A DNA stretch of 64,000 bases, taken from the NCBI GenBank assembly GCA_934095845.1, contig CAKOKS010000003.1, positions 5,217 through 69,216 on the forward strand. Direction: 5' to 3'. This document shows, piece by piece, positions 59,631-64,000 of this stretch. This stretch comes from an uncultured Bacilli bacterium (GTDB lineage: Bacteria > Bacillota_I > Bacilli_A > RF39 > UBA660). The translations under genes and the position numbers were made by a program. Under the pieces are notes generated by a model. The model had not been told where the DNA came from. It saw only the letters and a list, made by a program, of their open reading frames with translations, and made no database searches. Within the stretch, counting starts at the first letter, position 1. Each line of letters starts with the position of its first letter.

Positions 59631-61196
59631 ATGAAAAATATTAATAATGTAACAAACATTTTAAAATTTTATGTTAAAGCAAATAAACTAAAAACAACTA
59701 GACAAAATAAAGTAGTTAATAGAAGTGTAGCTGACAATATCTATATGTCAATTATATTAGCTGTAGGATTTTTTTCGGAGTTTAAACAATTTGGTAATTT
59801 AACAGAAGTTATTGAAATGCTTATTTTAAGTAATTTAAATGAAGATGATATTAAAACTTTAAATGATTATCAAGAACTATCTAAATTATTAATAGACTAT
59901 AGACTTGATATGGGAGCAAGTGCTAACTTAGCTAACAAATGTAAAGAATTAAATAACCGTTTATCTAAAATTATGGAGGATGTTTCTTTATCTAAGGAAG
60001 AAAAATTAAATGAGATAATAAAAGTTTTAAGTTCAGTAAAAGATAAAGATTATACTAGTTATAAAGATATAGCTTGTTTCTATATGGAAAATTATAAATT
60101 AACAAATATAATTAGAAGTGGATGGGATGATAAACACTGGAATGTATCAGAAAAAGATATTAGAGTCGAAAGAATATCTGATCATATTGTTAGCACTTTA
60201 GCATTAGTAATGGCATTTAAAAGTGAATTAAATTATAATCTTGATTATGATAAAATATTTAAAACTTTAGCAATTCATGAAATAGGTGAAACTGTTATTG
60301 GTGATATTACGCCATTTGATAATATGACTAAAGAAGAAAAAAAAGCATATGAACATAAAGCAATGGAAACTGTTTTAGGTGGTCTTTATAAAAAAGATGA
60401 ATTACTTCAAAATTTATTTGATTTTGATGATCTAAAAACAGAAGAAGATTTATTTTCTCATTATATAGATAAAATAGAAGCTGACTTACAGTCTAAAGTA
60501 TATCAAGATAATCATCAACAACGTTCTTTAACTGATCAAGAAAATAACTGTGTATTTAAGTCAAAAAAGGTTCAAGATATGATTTTCTCTGGACTTGCTA
60601 AAACAGCATTTGATGTTTGGTATTGTTATGATATATCAATCTATGAAGATGAAAGATTTGTTGCCTTTAAAGATTTATTAAAATTAGCTAAAAGTAACAA
60701 TTTATTTAATTTAGATAAAAATGTTATTAATGAAGATATAGATCTTACTAAAGAAGAATCTTATATTCTTGAATCAAAAATAGTATCTGCTATAAATACT
60801 TTTAAACAAGATAAAGGAGTAGAATCAATTTTATTATCTACTAAACAAAATGACGAATCAGGAATAATTTATATAACTATTCTTTATAACACTACTATAG
60901 TTGATAATGAATTAATTGAATTCTTTAATAGACATTTTAATGAACAAAATAGTAAAGTTAAAATTATTGTAAGAGGAGATAATACTTATAGATATTTAAT
61001 TCTAAGAGATCATCCAATGGAATATGAAAAATATGAAGAATTAATGGAATCAACAGTTGTATATGATAAATGTGGTTTAACGACTTTAAGAAAAGAAAGA
61101 GCAAATGCATTTTATACTGGACATGAAAAACGAGTATTTGATGTTGTTACATATAATTCTCCAATAATTGAAAAAGTATTAAAAAGATATGAGTAA
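59631..61196 (+). CDS. HD_3 (YfbR-like 5'-nucleotidase fold) domain protein with a degenerate N-terminal copy and an unknown C-terminal domain
   Basis: RSGWDD...ERISDHIVSTLALVMA...LAIHEIGETVIGDITP (HE in place of HD). The N-terminal 130 aa resemble the same fold without the His residues. Confidence 0.55.
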   Translation: MKNINNVTNILKFYVKANKLKTTRQNKVVNRSVADNIYMSIILAVGFFSEFKQFGNLTEVIEMLILSNLNEDDIKTLNDYQELSKLLIDYRLDMGASANLANKCKELNNRLSKIMEDVSLSKEEKLNEIIKVLSSVKDKDYTSYKDIACFYMENYKLTNIIRSGWDDKHWNVSEKDIRVERISDHIVSTLALVMAFKSELNYNLDYDKIFKTLAIHEIGETVIGDITPFDNMTKEEKKAYEHKAMETVLGGLYKKDELLQNLFDFDDLKTEEDLFSHYIDKIEADLQSKVYQDNHQQRSLTDQENNCVFKSKKVQDMIFSGLAKTAFDVWYCYDISIYEDERFVAFKDLLKLAKSNNLFNLDKNVINEDIDLTKEESYILESKIVSAINTFKQDKGVESILLSTKQNDESGIIYITILYNTTIVDNELIEFFNRHFNEQNSKVKIIVRGDNTYRYLILRDHPMEYEKYEELMESTVVYDKCGLTTLRKERANAFYTGHEKRVFDVVTYNSPIIEKVLKRYE

Positions 61197-61272
61197 AGTT
61201 ATTGTAAAAAGATTATTAAAAAAAGTAAATTTATAAATAATATGTTATTCTTATAATGTGAGGAGAGATATT

Positions 61273-61728
61273 ATGAAAAAAATACTTTTATCTATTATAG
61301 CTTTTGTTTCTATTTTTACATTAACTGGATGTGGAAATAAAACAGCAATTACAGAAGAAACATTTACTAAAAAAGCACAAGAACTTGGATTTGAAATTTA
61401 TGATGTATCTAGTCAATATAGTTCTTATGGATATGTTAAAAGTGCAACAGTTGCAAAATCTGGATCTTGGCAACTAGAATTTTATGAATTAGACTCAAAA
61501 GACAAAGCTAAATCGATGTTTGAAACAAATAAGAAGAACTTTGAAAGTCAAAAAGGAAGTACAAATACAAGTAATTCTAAAACAATTGGTAACTATTCTA
61601 CATTTACATTAAATACCAATGAAACTTATATGCATTTATGTAGAATTGATACAACATTCTTATATGTAAAAGTTCCAAAAGAAAATAAAGATGATGCAAA
61701 AAAACTAATGGATGCAATTGGTTACTAA
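61273..61728 (+). CDS. lipoprotein, function unknown
   Basis: Lipobox FTLTGC after MKKILLSIIAFVSI. The ATG at 61273 follows GAGGAG; the track start is a GTG. Confidence 0.7.
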   Translation: MKKILLSIIAFVSIFTLTGCGNKTAITEETFTKKAQELGFEIYDVSSQYSSYGYVKSATVAKSGSWQLEFYELDSKDKAKSMFETNKKNFESQKGSTNTSNSKTIGNYSTFTLNTNETYMHLCRIDTTFLYVKVPKENKDDAKKLMDAIGY

Positions 61729-61755
61729 AATGGATATAAAAATCCATTTTTTTTT
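61728..61755 (+). terminator. rho-independent terminator
   Basis: AAAATGGAT pairs with ATCCATTTT, followed by a T-run. Confidence 0.65.
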
Positions 61756-61809
61756 GATATAATTTTATTGGTTATAAGTTTTTACTTTAAATATGAAAGA
61801 GGTATTATT

Positions 61810-63744
61810 ATGCATAAGAAAAATTTTTTATTATTGCTAATTTTGTTGTTAACACCTAGTATAGTTTTAGCTAGTGGAAGTGCTTTTACTGCTCGTGAAG
61901 CAATATTTATTGAACTTTTTACAACAATACATATGAGTATATTTGTTCTTTATCCAATTTCTAATTTGCTTTCTAGTGAAAAACCAAGTAAATTATTTTG
62001 GAAATTGTTTATTATTCGTGCATGTATATTATTAATTGGAAATACTATTTCACCTAGTATTGCATTTGTAGATTTTATTTTAATATTTATTGGAGCTTTT
62101 TTAGTTGTTCCTATACTCGGAGCTATACTTCATAAAAATCCTTATAAAAGAAATACAGTAAATATAACTACAACTGGAACAAGATCGTTTACAAAAACTG
62201 GAGTACTTTTAAAATGTGCTAGCTGTAATACAGACTTGGATGTTGAAGATAAATTTTGTCCAAACTGTGGAATGGCTATTGAAGGGGATAACATAGTTGT
62301 AGTTGATAATTCAAAAGACGTAGTTGCTCCAAATAACTTTGATCCTATGTTTGATTTACCAGAAGAACAAATGATAGATAGTTACATTTTAAGCCAAATG
62401 AATAATTTAAAAATAGATGTTAATGAAAAAAAGATACCGATATCAGCATTAAAAAGAAAAAATATTATGTTTATAATTTTAGCAGTTTTAATGTTTGCAT
62501 TTTTATCAATGATATTTTTCCATTTAAGTTTAGTTTTTTATTTTATTGGTTTAATCATTTTATTTGTATTTTATAAACAAACAAAGAAATATAGTTTACT
62601 TAAGTTTATAAAAAAAGAAGTTAAAGCAAGACCTGAAGAAGATATTGATAAAATTATTTTAAGTGTTTCTTCTACATTTACAGAAGATACTTCTAAAAGA
62701 GTATTTATTTTATCTACTGTTATTTCAATTATTTTACCTTTTATTATTTTCTTTAACCCTCATATTTTATATGAAACTAATAAAGATGGAGCAGTTGTTA
62801 GATTTTATACAGTAGGTATAACTAATTTTACAAAAGTAACAATACCTGATACACACAAAGGATTAAAGGTTATAGGTATTCGTGGACAAGTATTTAAAAA
62901 TATGTATTTTTTAAAAAGCGTAAAATTGCCAGATTCAATTGAAGAAATTCGTGGACAAGCTTTTGAAAATGATTCATCACTTGAAAGTATAAATATACCA
63001 ACTAGTTTAACTTATCTTGGAGGTTCAAGTTTTAAAGGTTGTAAATCTCTTAAAGAAGTTACTTTACCAGATACTCTTGAATTTATTGGAGGAGAAGCAT
63101 TTAAAGATGCAGTATCTCTTGAATCAATTAATATACCAGAAAGTGTTACAGAAATTAGAGGAAATACTTTTGAAAATGACAAATCTTTAAAAAGTATAAA
63201 TATACCTGATTCAATAACTAGAATAGGTGGACATGCTTTCTATGGATGTTCATCATTAAGTGAAGTTAAAATAAATGAAACAAGTAAACTAAAAGAAATA
63301 GGTTCATCTGCTTTTAGAAAATGTAGTGGCTTAAGTGAAGTAACAATTCCTTCTATAACTTCCGTAAATAGTCGTGCTTTTAAAGAAAGTCCAACTAAAG
63401 TAAAAAAATTTGGTGAAGTAGATTATGGTTCATTAATTAACAGAGAATATTTTAAAAATACCTCTTTTGAATATTTAAGAGTAGGTGAAACAGAAAAAAT
63501 AAGTAAATATATTGATTCGGTAGCTAAAGAAATTGATGCTGAAATCACTTTAAAAAGTATAAATGTAACAGCGAATGGAAATGAATTTATTCTTCAATAT
63601 AAAGATAAAAATAAAACAAAAGAATTTAAGTTAAATAAAGACAATTCCTTATTTAAAGCAAATGATGATATAGCTATAGAAGTATCAGCCAGTTATGTTT
63701 TTAGTAGCTCATCAAGCATTTCTTTAAATACATATTATAATTAA
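61810..63744 (+). CDS. multi-pass membrane protein with a zinc-ribbon and a BspA-type leucine-rich-repeat domain
   Basis: CASCN...CPNCG zinc ribbon between TM blocks. At least 6 LRR_5-type repeats are present (IPDSI..I...AF..C.SL..I). The ATG at 61810 follows AGAGG. Confidence 0.75.
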   Translation: MHKKNFLLLLILLLTPSIVLASGSAFTAREAIFIELFTTIHMSIFVLYPISNLLSSEKPSKLFWKLFIIRACILLIGNTISPSIAFVDFILIFIGAFLVVPILGAILHKNPYKRNTVNITTTGTRSFTKTGVLLKCASCNTDLDVEDKFCPNCGMAIEGDNIVVVDNSKDVVAPNNFDPMFDLPEEQMIDSYILSQMNNLKIDVNEKKIPISALKRKNIMFIILAVLMFAFLSMIFFHLSLVFYFIGLIILFVFYKQTKKYSLLKFIKKEVKARPEEDIDKIILSVSSTFTEDTSKRVFILSTVISIILPFIIFFNPHILYETNKDGAVVRFYTVGITNFTKVTIPDTHKGLKVIGIRGQVFKNMYFLKSVKLPDSIEEIRGQAFENDSSLESINIPTSLTYLGGSSFKGCKSLKEVTLPDTLEFIGGEAFKDAVSLESINIPESVTEIRGNTFENDKSLKSINIPDSITRIGGHAFYGCSSLSEVKINETSKLKEIGSSAFRKCSGLSEVTIPSITSVNSRAFKESPTKVKKFGEVDYGSLINREYFKNTSFEYLRVGETEKISKYIDSVAKEIDAEITLKSINVTANGNEFILQYKDKNKTKEFKLNKDNSLFKANDDIAIEVSASYVFSSSSSISLNTYYN

Positions 63745-64000
63745 TGGGTTATAAATTTATACATTTATTATATGTCCCAACACTGGCTTGTAATATGGGA
63801 TGTAAATATTGTTATTTAGAAGATAATACTAATGAAGAAAAAACTGAACATAAACCATTAGATACTTTAAAATATGCAGTAGATAAATTTAAAAGCAGTA
63901 ATGTTATTCCATTTAATATATCTTTACACGGTGGAGAAGTAACAACTCTTTCAAAGGAAGATTTTTATTCTTTAATTGAATATATTGATTCTTATTATAA
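63744..64000 (+). CDS. radical SAM protein (partial, runs off the window end)
   Basis: Hand translation gives MGYKFIHLLYVPTLACNMGCKYCYLED...ISLHGGEVT, with a CX3CX2C cluster motif. The start overlaps the upstream stop (TAATG). Confidence 0.75.
   Translation, partial: MGYKFIHLLYVPTLACNMGCKYCYLEDNTNEEKTEHKPLDTLKYAVDKFKSSNVIPFNISLHGGEVTTLSKEDFYSLIEYIDSYY

Noticed and set aside
1-64000. CRISPR arrays, rRNA genes, tRNA genes, IS elements and integrases.
   Set aside because: Reading by eye found no regularly spaced direct repeats, no T-loop or anticodon-arm-like GC-rich 70-90 nt blocks in the intergenic regions, and no transposase or recombinase motifs. A covariance-model scan (tRNAscan/Infernal) would be needed to exclude small RNAs formally.

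Overview
This is a very AT-rich (roughly 30% G+C by eye) chromosomal segment from a low-GC Gram-positive bacterium (Bacillota). It uses the standard genetic code: TGA acts as a stop, for example in the secY/adk ATGA overlap. Almost all genes are on the + strand. All product names below come from motif recognition in the translated ORFs; no similarity search or folding program was run.

Gene content by region:
- 0.2-7 kb: housekeeping genes. These are gpmI, a PMM/PGM-type phosphohexomutase, a translationally coupled esterase and acyltransferase pair, and a hybrid histidine kinase.
- 7.1-13.9 kb: one giant (about 2260 aa) repeat-rich surface protein.
- 14.3-15.5 kb: a putative metal-transporter gene coupled to a Fur-family regulator gene, preceded by a perfect palindromic operator.
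- 15.5-21.6 kb: deoD, a pair of M16 peptidases, and comEA-comEC.
- 21.6-24.1 kb: a small accessory island. It holds a DUF1016/PD-(D/E)xK nuclease and two tandem Rossmann-motif paralogues.
- 24.2-27.2 kb: rpsO, a degenerate Fic-domain gene, and pnp.
- 27.3-30.1 kb: cell-envelope genes. These are an SPKTG-sorted surface protein, a glucosaminidase and a GT2 glycosyltransferase.
- 30.3-44.2 kb: a complete S10-spc-alpha ribosomal protein cluster running from rpsJ to rplQ. It includes secY, adk, map, infA, rpmJ and rpoA, and it has no L30 gene.
- 44.2-64 kb: an accessory-looking region.
  - It holds two secreted lectin-like proteins, an orphan pilC/pilD pair and aspS.
  - It also holds two HD-domain proteins, a TetR-controlled MMPL transporter fused to a YhgE/Pip-like ectodomain, and a lipoprotein.
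  - It ends with a zinc-ribbon/LRR membrane protein coupled to a radical SAM gene that runs off the window.

The most interesting signal is a 117-nt tract at the 3' end of the secreted-protein gene 44432-45643. The tract is adenine-depleted and about 54% G+C. In it, 24 of 26 consecutive codons are NNY. That is the signature expected of a variable region (VR) of a diversity-generating retroelement (DGR). No template repeat or reverse transcriptase is present in this window.

No rRNA genes, tRNA genes, CRISPR arrays or recognisable transposases were seen.
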